A stretch of DNA of 64,000 bases from an uncultured cyanobacterium (GCA_963749915.1 CAVVOP010000021.1:288001-352000), one strand, 5' to 3'. Positions 46,998-58,281 are shown, counted from the stretch's first letter. The notes: generated by a model not told the origin, from the letters alone. Numbers and translations: made by a program.

Positions 46998-48350
46998 ATG
47001 AATCCCTCATCTTCGGACTCTGTCCATCTCAACGAAAAAATTCGCCAACAATACGATTTTTTACCCTATCCAGAGTCAGATATAGAATATCTCCCCAAAG
47101 ATAAATTACAGAGTTTATTTATTCACAGTTTAGCCACGCCCTATTATCTACGTTATCAGAGAGTAATAGATCCTAAAGATAAAATTATTCTGGATGCCGG
47201 TTGCGGTAGTGGGCTTCAATCTCTGGTGCTTGCCCTAGCCAATCCCGGTGCCAGAATTGTCGGAGTGGATATTTCTCCCAAATCTATTGAACTGGCTAGT
47301 CAACGTTTAGCTTATCATGGCTTTGAAAATACTGAATTTCATACATTATCTTTAGATAACCTTGAATCTTTAGGTTATCAATTTGATTACATTAACTGCG
47401 ATGAAGTTCTTTATCTATTACCCAACCCGGGAGAAATGTTAAAACTTTTCAATTCCTTACTCAAACCTCAAGGAATTATTCGTTCTAATCTTCACAGCTA
47501 TTACCAAAGACAAGCTTTTTTTCGCAGCCAAGAAGCCTTTAAATTACTTGGTTTATTTGACGAGTCCTCGACAGAAACAGCTATTGAGGTTGTTAAAGAT
47601 ACCCTAGATAGTCTTAAAGATACGGTTAAACTGAAACAATTATTTAGGGGATTTGCAGAAAATCAAAAACCTAATTCTAAACAAATTAAAGAATGGATAT
47701 TAGTTAATTATCTAATTCAAGGAGATAAAGGATACACGGTAAAACAACTCTTTGACTTTCTTGAGGGGGCAGAATTAGACTTTTTGTCCATGGTAAATTG
47801 GCGACAATGGGACATTAATATTTTATTCCAAGATCCGGAAAATTTACCCCTATTTTGGCAATGGGGATTAGAAGAAGCGTCAGAAACAGAAAAATTACAG
47901 TTATTTGAACTTTTTGAACCTATACACCGATTATTAGACTTTTGGGCAATGAAAAAAGATGAGACACCTCTCCCCATCTCGCCTTTACATTGGTCCAATC
48001 AGCAATGGTTATCTTGTCGGATTTATCTGAATCCTGTGCTGAGTCAAGAAAAGGTCAAAGAAGATTTATGCCAAGCAATCACAACCCATAACAGTTTTAC
48101 CATCAGTAAATATATTCCCTTGCCGACAATCGTTCCCATTGTGATTGATGGTTTATTTGCCTCTTGTCTGTTGCCTTTGTGGGAATCTCCCCAATCTTTT
48201 AATGCTTTGGTAGAACGCTGGATACTGCTGCAACCAATAGACCCAGTGACTTTAACTCCCAAAACGGAAGATCAGGCCTGTCAGGAAATTCAAGAACTAT
48301 TAACAAAATTAGAAACTTTCACTTATCTACTACTAGAAATTTCCCCATGA
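46998..48350 (+). CDS. Class I SAM-dependent methyltransferase (cyanobacterial, about 450 aa)
   Basis: ILDAGCGSG, FDYINCDEVLYL motifs; true ATG at 46998 after GAGGA (the ORF-track extension overlaps 5S). Confidence 0.85.
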   Translation: MNPSSSDSVHLNEKIRQQYDFLPYPESDIEYLPKDKLQSLFIHSLATPYYLRYQRVIDPKDKIILDAGCGSGLQSLVLALANPGARIVGVDISPKSIELASQRLAYHGFENTEFHTLSLDNLESLGYQFDYINCDEVLYLLPNPGEMLKLFNSLLKPQGIIRSNLHSYYQRQAFFRSQEAFKLLGLFDESSTETAIEVVKDTLDSLKDTVKLKQLFRGFAENQKPNSKQIKEWILVNYLIQGDKGYTVKQLFDFLEGAELDFLSMVNWRQWDINILFQDPENLPLFWQWGLEEASETEKLQLFELFEPIHRLLDFWAMKKDETPLPISPLHWSNQQWLSCRIYLNPVLSQEKVKEDLCQAITTHNSFTISKYIPLPTIVPIVIDGLFASCLLPLWESPQSFNALVERWILLQPIDPVTLTPKTEDQACQEIQELLTKLETFTYLLLEISP

Positions 48351-48479
48351 GAATATCCCATTGTAGATTTGATAAAACAAAATGAGAACGTAGTTTGTAG
48401 TCTCTATTTTGTCTTACACATAGAACAAGCCCAAAAACATTTATATACATACTATATGGATTTTAGATTTCTTCTATCC

Positions 48480-48517
48480 CACCCTGGAGGTGAGGGGTTC
48501 GATTCCCCTATTCTCCA
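48480..48517 (+). pseudogene. Isolated tRNA 3' half
   Basis: CAC-CCTGG-AGGTG-AGGGG-TTCGATT-CCCCT-ATTCTCC-A reads as anticodon-stem 3' strand, variable loop, perfect T-arm and acceptor strand; no 5' half upstream. Confidence 0.65.
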
Positions 48518-48530
48518 TTATTTTTTTTAC

Positions 48531-48661
48531 TAAGCTAAAACGCATTTAAACTTCATCCTTACAGATTACAGATTAAGAAAAACTCTCAAATCTTTCACTA
48601 TTGGAACAGTGCCTATTCCCCATTCCCAGCCTTCATCAGCAACTTAGATGCGTCTAGCCTA
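48531..48661. mobile_element. MITE-like element, same terminus family as 6835-6924
   Basis: Left TAAGCTAAAACGCATTT is 17/17 identical to the reverse complement of 6908-6924; right end TTAGATGCGTCTAGCCTA is an imperfect inverted copy. Confidence 0.7.
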
Positions 48662-50710
48662 CTATTCCCCAAAACGTGGAGTCATGCAATAGGGACAATC
48701 TAACCATTCTTGTTCTAGTTTCGCACCACAAAAACTACAGTCGAGAAGGCTTTTTCGTTTAGCTTTTAATTGTGATTCTAAACCGGAGTCTGTAAATGTA
48801 ACGCGTTCTACTTCTTCCAAAGTAGTGTGCCCTTGACGTACTAAGTTGAGACTATAAGCCAAAATGGTGGTCATACCCTCATCTACAGCGGTTTCTTTAA
48901 TCAAGTCAGTGGTTGCACCTTTATTGATGAGTTTTTCTATTTTTTCACTCATAACCATAAATTCATAAACCCCTACACGTCCTTTATAACCACTACCTCC
49001 ACATTTCATACAAACTGTGCCGTCAGCTGTGGCAGTGTGTAAAGCCTCTCCTTTTAAAGTTTTGGCACGGTAAAAAGTCACTGATTCTTCCCCAGAGGCT
49101 AATAATCCAAAACGGGCTAATTCTTCCCTTGTAGGATTATAGGCTTCTTTACACTCACTGCAGACCCGGCGCATTAGACGTTGAGCTAATACCCCTAGTA
49201 AGGCTCCAGAAATCATAAATGGTTCAACCCCCATTTCATCTAAACGGGCGATGGCACCCGCCGCATCGTTGGTGTGTAAAGTAGTTAAGACTAGGTGACC
49301 TGTTAAAGCCGCCTCAATAGCAGTTTTGGCGGTTTCAACGTCTCTGGTCTCACCCACAAGAATAATATCTGGATCTTGGCGCATAAATGCCCGTAAAATA
49401 TTAGCAAAGTCCATGCCCTTTTCTCTAATTACTTGCACCTGAGTAATACCAGGAAGTGCATATTCGATGGGATCTTCGGCGGTACTAATATTAACACCTG
49501 GCTCATTTCTTTCCGACAAAACCGAGTATAAAGTGGTGGATTTACCCGAACCCGTAGGCCCTGTAACTAAAATTAAACCAAAAGGGCGATTAGCAACATC
49601 CCTCACCTTTAGTAAAGTTTCTTCGTCACTGATGAGAAAGTCTAAACCTAACTGGGTGGTGGAGTTATCAAGAATCCGTAGACACACTTTTTCCCCGTAA
49701 CGGCTAGGAAGAGTATTTACTCGAAAATCTAGTTTGCGCCCTTGAAAAAACCTCCTCATCTTACCATCTTGAGGAATACGACGTTCAGCAATATCCAATT
49801 TTGCCATAATTTTGAAACGGGCCGTTACCGCTCTAGTAATATGTTGTGGAAGTTTGAAAAATTCTCGCAATACCCCGTCTTTACGAAGACGCACTCGAAG
49901 ATTGTCTTCTTGAGGTTCAACATGAATATCTGAAGCACCTTCTTGTATGGCTTTCATTAAAATTGTATTAACTAACTTGATTACCGGCGCCTGGTTTGCC
50001 TCATTGGTAGCGGCTAAATCAGCTCCACCGTCCTCTTCTGCGGCATCATCTAGGTTATTATCTCCTAAGTCGTCAACAATGTCGCTAACATCTCCTAATC
50101 TATCTAACTCTTTTTTCTGAGCTTCGACCAACTGTTGTGCTTTTCGTTCTTTTTCTTGCTGGTAATATTTTTGTAATAATTGGTCAAAATCTTCCTCGGT
50201 GATGACGATCCGTCGGGATCCTAATCCTTTCAAACGCAGTAACTTCCTTAGATCGTCTAAAGCCCTTAAATCGTCAGGATTCACCATGGCAACGAGTAAT
50301 GTAGGGGGATCTCCTTCAATACGTTTTAAAGGTAGGAGTTTATGACGACGACACACTTGTATTCCTATAAATGACTCAATTAAATCCGTCATTTCCTTCG
50401 GATCGATTTCCTCAGACTCACAATCAACTGAATCAACACCATATAAAATTTTTAACTCAAAGAGATGATGTTGTTTATATTGACGCACTAACTCAGGAGA
50501 TAACGCTCTCTGGGTCATTTGTTGGAGTACTTTTACCAACGGTTGTCTGGTTCTTCTGACTTCTACCAGAGCATTTTTTAATTGATCTTTATCAATATAG
50601 CCCGACTGAATTAATTTATTGCCAAAGGGATTAAAATAGTCAGGACTAACTAGGGCAGTTTTCAGTTTTTCTTGTTTTTGACTAGAGGAAGAAATAGGAG
50701 TTTGAGTCAT
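48662..50710 (-). CDS. pilB: Type IV pilus assembly ATPase
   Basis: GPTGSGKST, AEDPIE, RQDPDIILVGE, GHLVLTTLH motifs and C-terminal Cys cluster. Confidence 0.95.
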   Translation of the reverse strand: MTQTPISSSSQKQEKLKTALVSPDYFNPFGNKLIQSGYIDKDQLKNALVEVRRTRQPLVKVLQQMTQRALSPELVRQYKQHHLFELKILYGVDSVDCESEEIDPKEMTDLIESFIGIQVCRRHKLLPLKRIEGDPPTLLVAMVNPDDLRALDDLRKLLRLKGLGSRRIVITEEDFDQLLQKYYQQEKERKAQQLVEAQKKELDRLGDVSDIVDDLGDNNLDDAAEEDGGADLAATNEANQAPVIKLVNTILMKAIQEGASDIHVEPQEDNLRVRLRKDGVLREFFKLPQHITRAVTARFKIMAKLDIAERRIPQDGKMRRFFQGRKLDFRVNTLPSRYGEKVCLRILDNSTTQLGLDFLISDEETLLKVRDVANRPFGLILVTGPTGSGKSTTLYSVLSERNEPGVNISTAEDPIEYALPGITQVQVIREKGMDFANILRAFMRQDPDIILVGETRDVETAKTAIEAALTGHLVLTTLHTNDAAGAIARLDEMGVEPFMISGALLGVLAQRLMRRVCSECKEAYNPTREELARFGLLASGEESVTFYRAKTLKGEALHTATADGTVCMKCGGSGYKGRVGVYEFMVMSEKIEKLINKGATTDLIKETAVDEGMTTILAYSLNLVRQGHTTLEEVERVTFTDSGLESQLKAKRKSLLDCSFCGAKLEQEWLDCPYCMTPRFGE

Positions 50711-50911
50711 GATGATAACTTAGTATTTCGAAAAATTATAAAAACTTGAATGAGTTGAAAATTTTTAACCGTTAATCTTATTATATTTTATGACAAGGTA
50801 ATGGAGAAGGGAAAACCAAACTAATATAAAAATTCCTACTCCTTACTTGTACAATGTTATATGAACATCAAGAAAATAGTTTACTTCTTTTAAGTAGAAA
50901 ATATTGCAATT

Positions 50912-51739
50912 ATGATCAGTGAAACGGACAACTACCCTGATAAAGAGATGGATATTGCAGATAACCAAGACAACTTAGCTGAAGCAGAAAAAACTTCAAC
51001 TGTATCTGAAGCCAAAATTGAGTCAGATCAACCATCAGAGGAGTCAGTCAACGAACCCATAAATGAATGTGGAGAAGTGGAACATCCTTCCCCAGAAGAA
51101 AACTCCCTAGAGGAGACTAACATTGAATCTGAGACGGATTCCGAGGATTCCTTGGTGGATGAATCCAATATAGATTCAGCTGCTCAAGCCCATATAACTT
51201 CTTTAGAAGCGGAAATTGCCTCGTTAAAAGAACAACTAGAAGTCCAAATCGAACAGGCTAAAAGTGTTCAAAGTCAGCATGTGCGATTGACGGCGGATTT
51301 TGATAATTTTCGTCGTCGTACCAGTAAAGAAAAAGAGGAATTGGAGAAGGTTATAAAGAAAAGAACTATTCTTGAATTATTGCCAGTCGTGGATAATTTT
51401 GAACGGGCCAGAACTCAAATTAAACCAGATAGTGATGGTGAAATGGCGATTCATAAAAGTTATCAAGGAGTTTATAAAACCTTTGTGGATAGCTTGAAAA
51501 AAATTGGCGTATCAGCCATGCGTCCCCAAGGTGAACCCTTTGACCCCAATTATCACGAAGCCATGTTAAGAGAACCTACCAAGGAATATGAGGAGGGAAT
51601 TGTAATGGAAGAGTTGGTCAGAGGTTATCTCCTTAATGACGAGGTTTTACGTTATGCTATGGTCAAGGTGGCCGCATCTCCCCAGGAGGAGGATTCGCCA
51701 GAAATCGAAACTTCTGATAACTTGTCTGAAAATAACTGA
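50912..51739 (+). CDS. grpE: Nucleotide exchange factor GrpE
   Basis: [19 protein letters not shown]....VLR.AMVKV motifs. Confidence 0.96.
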   Translation: MISETDNYPDKEMDIADNQDNLAEAEKTSTVSEAKIESDQPSEESVNEPINECGEVEHPSPEENSLEETNIESETDSEDSLVDESNIDSAAQAHITSLEAEIASLKEQLEVQIEQAKSVQSQHVRLTADFDNFRRRTSKEKEELEKVIKKRTILELLPVVDNFERARTQIKPDSDGEMAIHKSYQGVYKTFVDSLKKIGVSAMRPQGEPFDPNYHEAMLREPTKEYEEGIVMEELVRGYLLNDEVLRYAMVKVAASPQEEDSPEIETSDNLSENN

Positions 51740-51829
51740 GAAAATTGTCCTGAATTTCAGGTTCTGACTATAATGGGATAACAAGAAACAATAGTCCAAT
51801 CACAAGGTAAACCGACATCACTGTCAGCT

Positions 51830-53845
51830 ATGGGAAAGGTTATAGGAATAGATTTAGGAACAACCAATAGTTGTGTTGCCGTTTTAGAAGGTGGCAAACC
51901 TATTGTCATAACGAATCAGGAGGGTTCACGAACCACTCCCAGTATTGTCGGTTTTGGCAAGGGAAATCAACGTTTAGTAGGTCAACTCGCCAAAAGACAA
52001 GCGGTAACCAATGCTGAGAATACTGTTTATAGTGTTAAGCGTTTTATTGGTCAACGATGGGAGGAAACCCTAGAAGATCGCAAAAGAGTTACCTATAATT
52101 GTGTTAGGGGTAAAGATAGTACGGTTTGTGTAGATATTCAAGGTAAAGCCTATACTACCCAGGAAATTTCTGCCATGATTCTGCAAAAGTTAAAAACTGA
52201 TGCCGAAACTTTCTTAGGGGAAACAGTTACTCAGGCGGTGATCACTGTTCCTGCTTATTTTACCGATGCTCAAAGACAAGCCACGAAAGACGCTGGAGTT
52301 ATCGCCGGGTTGGATGTGATGCGTATTATTAATGAACCGACAGCGGCGGCTTTGGCTTACGGTTTAGATAAACAAGAGGAAGATCAATACGTTTTAGTTT
52401 TTGATTTGGGCGGTGGTACTTTTGACGTCTCTATTTTACAGTTAGGTAATGGTATTTTTGAGGTAGTCTCCACTTCTGGTAATAATCAACTGGGGGGGGA
52501 CGATTTTGACGCGGTCATTGTCGATTGGCTAATAACCAAGTTTGAGCAACAAGAAGGTGTTGATTTAAGAGCGGATAAAATGGCTTTACAACGTCTGCGA
52601 GAGGCGGCGGAAAAAGCAAAAATAGAGTTATCGAATATGGCGGAAACCTCTATCAATTTGCCTTTTATCACGGCGGATGAAAGTGGCCCAAAACATTTAG
52701 AATTAGAGCTATCTCGACCCCACTTAGAGGAGTTAATTGCACCGTTAGTGGCGAATATTATTCCTCCCATGGAACAGGCTTTAAAGGATTCTGGCTTGAC
52801 TCGTGACCAAATTAATCGTATTGTCTTAGTGGGTGGGTCAACCCGTACCCCGGCTATTTCCGAACAAGTTGAAAAGTATTTTTCCAAAGGTATCCCCATG
52901 GATCGCTCCATTAATCCCGATGAGGCTGTGGCTTTGGGTGCGGCGGTTCAAGGTGGAGTGTTAGGAGGGGAAGTTAGAAATTTATTGCTCTTAGATGTGA
53001 CCCCTTTATCTTTGGGATTGGAAACATTAGGGGAAGTATTCACAAAAGTAATTGAAAGAAATACTACGATTCCTACTAGTCGTTCTCAGATATTTTCTAC
53101 GGCTATTGATGGACAAAGCTCTGTAGAAGTTCATGTGTTACAAGGTGAGCGATCCATGGTGAAGGATAATAAGAGTTTAGGGAAATTTTTGTTAACGGGT
53201 ATTCCCCCAGCACCCAGAGGGGTACCACAAATTGAGGTATCTTTTGATATCGATGTCGATGGTATCTTAAAAGTGTCGGCGAAGGATAAAGGTACTGGTC
53301 AAGAACAAAGTATTCTTATTAGTAACACTGGGGCGTTAACTTCTTCGGAAATTAGCACCATGAAAGAGGAAGCGGAGAAATATGCCTTAGAAGATCGTCG
53401 TCGAGTGGAGTTAATCGGCATCAAGAAACAGTTAGATAGCTTGATGTATAGTTATGAGTTAAGTTTAGAAAAAAATCCTCGTCTTGTTAGTAGCGAATTA
53501 AAAAATCAAATTGAAACAGGAAAACGTGAGGTTGAAGATGCCATCAATTCTCCATTAATTCCTGTTAAACAGGTTGAAGATTTAATGAATGATTTTCGTA
53601 ATATGATAGTTGATATCGGTGCTAAAGCTTATCAGCCGGTTCAAGAACCTTCTATTGTCGGTACTTTGGCGGAGGAAAGTAGTACTATTTATGAGTCTTT
53701 GGATGGTGACGAGGATGAGGAATTTAAGAGTATTGAAAATCAAATTTTGAGTGGTTTAAGTCAAATTTCGGAAAATCCTGAAGAATTTGATTTTGACTAT
53801 GAGACGGATGAGACTATCACGGGGGATTATGAAACAGTAGATTAG
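51830..53845 (+). CDS. dnaK: Chaperone DnaK (grpE-linked paralog with acidic tail)
   Basis: [23 protein letters not shown] motifs. Confidence 0.97.
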   Translation: MGKVIGIDLGTTNSCVAVLEGGKPIVITNQEGSRTTPSIVGFGKGNQRLVGQLAKRQAVTNAENTVYSVKRFIGQRWEETLEDRKRVTYNCVRGKDSTVCVDIQGKAYTTQEISAMILQKLKTDAETFLGETVTQAVITVPAYFTDAQRQATKDAGVIAGLDVMRIINEPTAAALAYGLDKQEEDQYVLVFDLGGGTFDVSILQLGNGIFEVVSTSGNNQLGGDDFDAVIVDWLITKFEQQEGVDLRADKMALQRLREAAEKAKIELSNMAETSINLPFITADESGPKHLELELSRPHLEELIAPLVANIIPPMEQALKDSGLTRDQINRIVLVGGSTRTPAISEQVEKYFSKGIPMDRSINPDEAVALGAAVQGGVLGGEVRNLLLLDVTPLSLGLETLGEVFTKVIERNTTIPTSRSQIFSTAIDGQSSVEVHVLQGERSMVKDNKSLGKFLLTGIPPAPRGVPQIEVSFDIDVDGILKVSAKDKGTGQEQSILISNTGALTSSEISTMKEEAEKYALEDRRRVELIGIKKQLDSLMYSYELSLEKNPRLVSSELKNQIETGKREVEDAINSPLIPVKQVEDLMNDFRNMIVDIGAKAYQPVQEPSIVGTLAEESSTIYESLDGDEDEEFKSIENQILSGLSQISENPEEFDFDYETDETITGDYETVD

Positions 53846-53903
53846 CAATTAATAATTAAATATCAATGACAATGAACTATGGTTAATCAATTATAAAAAA
53901 ATT

Positions 53904-54863
53904 ATGGGCTATCAAACCGAAAAACAGATTGCTATTTCCGCAGTAATTCAGGCGGCAAAATTATGTCAACGAGTGCGCCAAGATATTCCTGCCGCCTTGG
54001 AAAAACAAGATAAAAGTCCTGTTACTGTGGCCGATTTTGGTTCTCAGGCTATAATTTGTCGGGCATTGAAGGAGGTTTTCCCCGATACCCCTATTGTGGG
54101 GGAAGAAGATGCTCAAGAATTACGTCAATCAGAGAATCAAGCTACTCTGATCAAAATTACTAATTATGTAGAAGAAATAATCCCCAACGCCACCTCTAAC
54201 AAGGTTTTAGACTGGATTGATTACGGAAATGGTACAGTCGGGGATCGCTTTTGGACATTAGATCCTATTGATGGCACAAAAGGGTTTTTGCGTCAAGATC
54301 AATATGCTGTTGCCTTAGCCTTAATTGAAAATGGCGAAGTGAAATTAGGGATTTTAGGTTGTCCTGCGTTAACTTTAGATAGTGGCGAAACGGGATTTAT
54401 TTTCGTGGCAGTAAGGGGAGAAGGTAGTTATAAAATGCCTATCACTGGCGGTGAGATGAGTAAATTGCAAGTTGTTAGTAATGATGATGTTAGTCGTTTT
54501 CGTTTTGTCGAAAGCGTGGAAGCTAGTCATGGTGACCAAATTCAGCAAAATGCCATCGCCAAAGCAGTAGGCATAAGTACTGACTCAGTAAGAGTTGATT
54601 CCCAAGCAAAATACGGCATTGTTGCCGCAGGAGAAGCCGCCTTATATTTAAGATTACCTTCCCCTAAATATCCGGATTATAGGGAGAATATATGGGATCA
54701 TGCCGCTGGGGCGATCGTAGTGGAAGAAGCAGGGGGAAAGGTTACAGATATGTATGGTAAACCTTTAGACTTTGCCACTGCCAGTAAAATGAATGATAAT
54801 AGGGGAGTGGTGGTAAGTAACGGATTGATTCATGATTCAGTCATTAAAGCGTTAAACAGTTAA
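53904..54863 (+). CDS. 3'(2'),5'-bisphosphate nucleotidase, HAL2 type
   Basis: DKSPVTVADF, LDPIDGTKGF, IWDHAAG motifs. Confidence 0.92.
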   Translation: MGYQTEKQIAISAVIQAAKLCQRVRQDIPAALEKQDKSPVTVADFGSQAIICRALKEVFPDTPIVGEEDAQELRQSENQATLIKITNYVEEIIPNATSNKVLDWIDYGNGTVGDRFWTLDPIDGTKGFLRQDQYAVALALIENGEVKLGILGCPALTLDSGETGFIFVAVRGEGSYKMPITGGEMSKLQVVSNDDVSRFRFVESVEASHGDQIQQNAIAKAVGISTDSVRVDSQAKYGIVAAGEAALYLRLPSPKYPDYRENIWDHAAGAIVVEEAGGKVTDMYGKPLDFATASKMNDNRGVVVSNGLIHDSVIKALNS

Positions 54864-54922
54864 CAGTTGATAATTGACATTTGAGTGGAAGAAATTATTA
54901 AATTGTTTATTGTTTATTCCAA

Positions 54923-56260
54923 ATGACTATTGCTAGAACAATTTGTTTAGGTTTTATTGCGGTAATCGGATTAGGCACAATATTATTAATGATGCCTTTT
55001 TCCACGACAACGGGAGAGTGGGGAGGGGTCGTGACTTCCCTATTTACTTCCACATCTGCCGTATGTGTAACGGGTTTAATTGTGGTTGACACGGGTCGTT
55101 ATTTTTCCTTTTGGGGTGAATTATTTCTTATGTGTTTGATTCAGATAGGGGGATTAGGTTATATGATTACTACCACCTTCCTGATTCTCTTAATTGGCAA
55201 AAAGTTTGATTTTAGGCAAAAAATTGCGATTAATGAATCATTTGATCGCCCATTCCTCCAAGGTAGTCGAAATTTAGTCCTCTCAGTCTTTGCCACAACA
55301 TTTATCTTGGAATTAATGGCGACAATGTGTTTATTCCCCGTTTTTGCTAAGGATTATGGAATTAAACAAGGATTATGGTTGGCGATTTTTCACACTATCA
55401 GTGCTTGGAATAACGCGGGATTCAGCTTATTTGTTGATAATCTCATGGGTTATCAAACTTCTATCCCCGTTAATTTAGTTATTACTTCCTTAATTATTTT
55501 GGGAGGTATCGGTTATCAAGTCATTATCGAATTTTATTTTTGGGTTGTTGATAAAATTAGGGGTAACAATAAACATATACAGAATTTTTCCCTTAACTTT
55601 AAAGTTGTCACTAGGACTACCGTTATACTGTTATTATTTGGGACGATGGCCTTTTACATCACGGAATATCATAATGACAATACCTTTGCCTCTTTCACTT
55701 TCCCTGAGAAAATGATAGCTTCTTGGTTTCAGTCTGTCACTACAAGAACTGCGGGATTCAATACCATTGACATTGGCAAAATGACTACCGCCGGTTTATT
55801 TATCACCATCGGTTTAATGTTTGTAGGGGCTAGTCCTAGCGGTACGGCAGGAGGAATTAAAACCACTACACTAAGTATCCTTAGCAGTAGTACTAAAGCA
55901 GTACTAAAAGGACAAGAAAAAGTGGTAATGTATAAAAGAGAAGTACCTGTATCCTTGATATTAAAAGCGATGGCTGTGGTTTTTGGTTCGGCTATCACAG
56001 TGATTACAATTACTCTCATAATTTCTTTAGTTGATCCCGAGATTGCCTTTATCGATGTCCTGTATGAAGTCGTTTCCGCCTTTGCCACCGTTGGCTTATC
56101 CACGGGCATTACTGCTACTTTATCTACTTTTAGTAAATTAGCATTAGTTTTTACCATGTATTTAGGACGAGTAGGAGTATTATTATTTATGGCAGCTATT
56201 GTGGGAGATCCTCGACCTAGTCGTATCCAGTATCCCGAAGAAAATCTGTTAGTAGGTTAA
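54923..56260 (+). CDS. ktrB: Ktr/Trk K+ uptake membrane subunit
   Basis: SAVCVTG, NNAGF, RTAGF, FATVG pore motifs. Confidence 0.92.
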   Translation: MTIARTICLGFIAVIGLGTILLMMPFSTTTGEWGGVVTSLFTSTSAVCVTGLIVVDTGRYFSFWGELFLMCLIQIGGLGYMITTTFLILLIGKKFDFRQKIAINESFDRPFLQGSRNLVLSVFATTFILELMATMCLFPVFAKDYGIKQGLWLAIFHTISAWNNAGFSLFVDNLMGYQTSIPVNLVITSLIILGGIGYQVIIEFYFWVVDKIRGNNKHIQNFSLNFKVVTRTTVILLLFGTMAFYITEYHNDNTFASFTFPEKMIASWFQSVTTRTAGFNTIDIGKMTTAGLFITIGLMFVGASPSGTAGGIKTTTLSILSSSTKAVLKGQEKVVMYKREVPVSLILKAMAVVFGSAITVITITLIISLVDPEIAFIDVLYEVVSAFATVGLSTGITATLSTFSKLALVFTMYLGRVGVLLFMAAIVGDPRPSRIQYPEENLLVG

Positions 56261-56266
56261 AATTCT

Positions 56267-57019
56267 ATGGCAACCGTTGATAAACCAACATCTAGTAATA
56301 GTAATCAAAGATTCAAAAATATCTTTAGTTTAGATCTTAGTTCACTCAAATTTTTACATCATTTGCGTAAAGAAACCCGTCAATTTGCGGTAATTGGTCT
56401 AGGTAGATTCGGCAGAGCCGTGTCTCAAACCCTGTATAATATGGGTTATGATGTGTTGGGTGCGGATGTGGATCAAAAATTAGTTGCCCAAGCCTTAACT
56501 GATAAAATAGCTACTAGTGCTGTTCGTCTTGATTGTACGGAAGTTAGTGCTTTAAAAGAAGCCGGCATTTTAGAATTAGATACTGTTATTGTCGCTATTG
56601 GTAACTATTTAGAAGAAAGTATTATTACCACTCTTAACGTCAAAGAAGGAGGCGTAAAATATATTGTTGCGAAAGCCTCTTCAGAAACTCATGGTAAATT
56701 ATTGAAAAAAGTCGGTGCTGATTTAGTGGTTTATCCCGAACATCAAGCCGGTTGCGAATTAGCTTATACTCTTACAAAACCCGGAATACTCGATCGTTTT
56801 GAATTAGATCCAGATAATAGCATCGTAGAGGTCTCCATTCCCAAAGAATTTGACGGTAAAACTCTTGCCGAAGTTAAGTTACGGAGTGACTACGGTTTAA
56901 ATGTCTTAGCCGTCGGTAACGATGATAAATTCGTCATCAACCCCCCCCCAAACTACGTATTGACTCAGGGGTTATCAATGGTGGTAATCGGCTCAAATGA
57001 TGACATCAATAAACTATAA
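56267..57019 (+). CDS. ktrA: Ktr/Trk RCK regulatory subunit
   Basis: FAVIGLGRFG Rossmann motif and TrkA-C domain. Confidence 0.92.
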   Translation: MATVDKPTSSNSNQRFKNIFSLDLSSLKFLHHLRKETRQFAVIGLGRFGRAVSQTLYNMGYDVLGADVDQKLVAQALTDKIATSAVRLDCTEVSALKEAGILELDTVIVAIGNYLEESIITTLNVKEGGVKYIVAKASSETHGKLLKKVGADLVVYPEHQAGCELAYTLTKPGILDRFELDPDNSIVEVSIPKEFDGKTLAEVKLRSDYGLNVLAVGNDDKFVINPPPNYVLTQGLSMVVIGSNDDINKL

Positions 57020-57106
57020 GTCTATTGTGGCGTCTACGAAAATGAAAAAATTAGGAAATTCACAAATCAGAAAAATTATTAATCGTTAACTGTTAATTGT
57101 TAATTG

Positions 57107-57847
57107 TTAACTAACACCGATATAAGCGGCGACTAAAAATAAAGCATCAGTAAAAATAGTAGCTAAAACCGCACCAGCAAAAGCGATGTAGTGAGTTTCT
57201 TTTTTGACTAAGGCGTATAAACTAATACCTAAGAGTAAATTTGCTAATAGTACAGCCCAACTAATTCCCCAAACCGTCTGGACTTGAGCGATGGCACCCT
57301 GTAGAATCGGTTTAACTAGAGTCGGATCACCAACCATTATTTCACGCCAATAAGGGATTAAACCGGCTATATAAAAATATAGATCCGTAATAACAGTGCC
57401 AATCAACGAACCGAGATAAAAATAATTACCGATCAAACCCCAACCCTTCCAGATACACCATAAAGCAAAAGGTAAACCAATGGCTTCAATGGGGATATGA
57501 ATGGCTGGATTATCACGTAACCAACCCCAATAAATTGAACCACATAGCCAACTCCAACTAAAACCCCAGAGAATATCACCCCAAAGGTAAGTTTGCGGTT
57601 GACGCTTCCAATGGAAACTAAGTTGAAACCAAACAAGGGTTAAAATGAGACTTACAGAAGGAAAAATCCTTACTAAAGGCGCTTGAAAAAAAACAGGAAT
57701 CGACACTAAAAAAGCCGAAGCCAAAAATACTAATAAACTTCTTCGCTTTTCTTCGTACCACCACCAACGGCGCAGAAAATCAAAAAAAGTTTCTCTAGCG
57801 GTGGGGAAAAAAGTGGTTAATTGAGATAAAAGGGTATTATTTAACAA
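57107..57847 (-). CDS. DUF3120 membrane protein
   Basis: FLVS.PVFFQAPLVR, GFSWSWL.GS.YWGWLR, H.PIEA motifs. Confidence 0.85.
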   Translation of the reverse strand: MLNNTLLSQLTTFFPTARETFFDFLRRWWWYEEKRRSLLVFLASAFLVSIPVFFQAPLVRIFPSVSLILTLVWFQLSFHWKRQPQTYLWGDILWGFSWSWLCGSIYWGWLRDNPAIHIPIEAIGLPFALWCIWKGWGLIGNYFYLGSLIGTVITDLYFYIAGLIPYWREIMVGDPTLVKPILQGAIAQVQTVWGISWAVLLANLLLGISLYALVKKETHYIAFAGAVLATIFTDALFLVAAYIGVS

Positions 57848-57863
57848 AATTGGTTAAGATTTC

Positions 57864-57891
57864 TTTACTTATCGTTACTTAATATTACAAT
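57864..57891. promoter_or_regulatory. HLR1-like (RpaB) direct repeats
   Basis: TTTACTTA-TC-GTTACTTA-AT-ATTACAAT: three octamers at a 10-bp period resembling (G/T)TTACA(T/A)(T/A). Confidence 0.5.
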
Positions 57892-58281
57892 ATTTTAGGG
57901 GTAAATACTCAACTATGGGAATTAAATCGCGTCTAATCTCGGGAATCGTAGTTTTTGCCATGGGAAAAACTCTAGGTTTCAACATGTACGTACGGGGTAT
58001 AGATCAACTTATTACTTATTAACTGTCCATAAATATCCCCCCTATGGGGATTATTATAACTTAATATTAGTCTTATAACAATTCAATGTCAGCAGATGGA
58101 AAAAGTTACTGGTGAAGGTAGGGGTGAGAATACAATATTAAGGATTCCTACGTCGAACTCAGATAAAATCCAAAATCCAAAATTATCCTTTCCCAGTCCC
58201 TCAAAACTATCTTGACAGACCACTAGATAAGGTAAAATAAAGGCTTGGCTTGCAGAAAATATAATAAGATAAGGATTAATC

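Noticed and set aside
57915..58022. 35-codon ORF MGIKSRLISGIVVFAMGK...
   Set aside because: No recognisable homology or RBS; cannot be distinguished from chance
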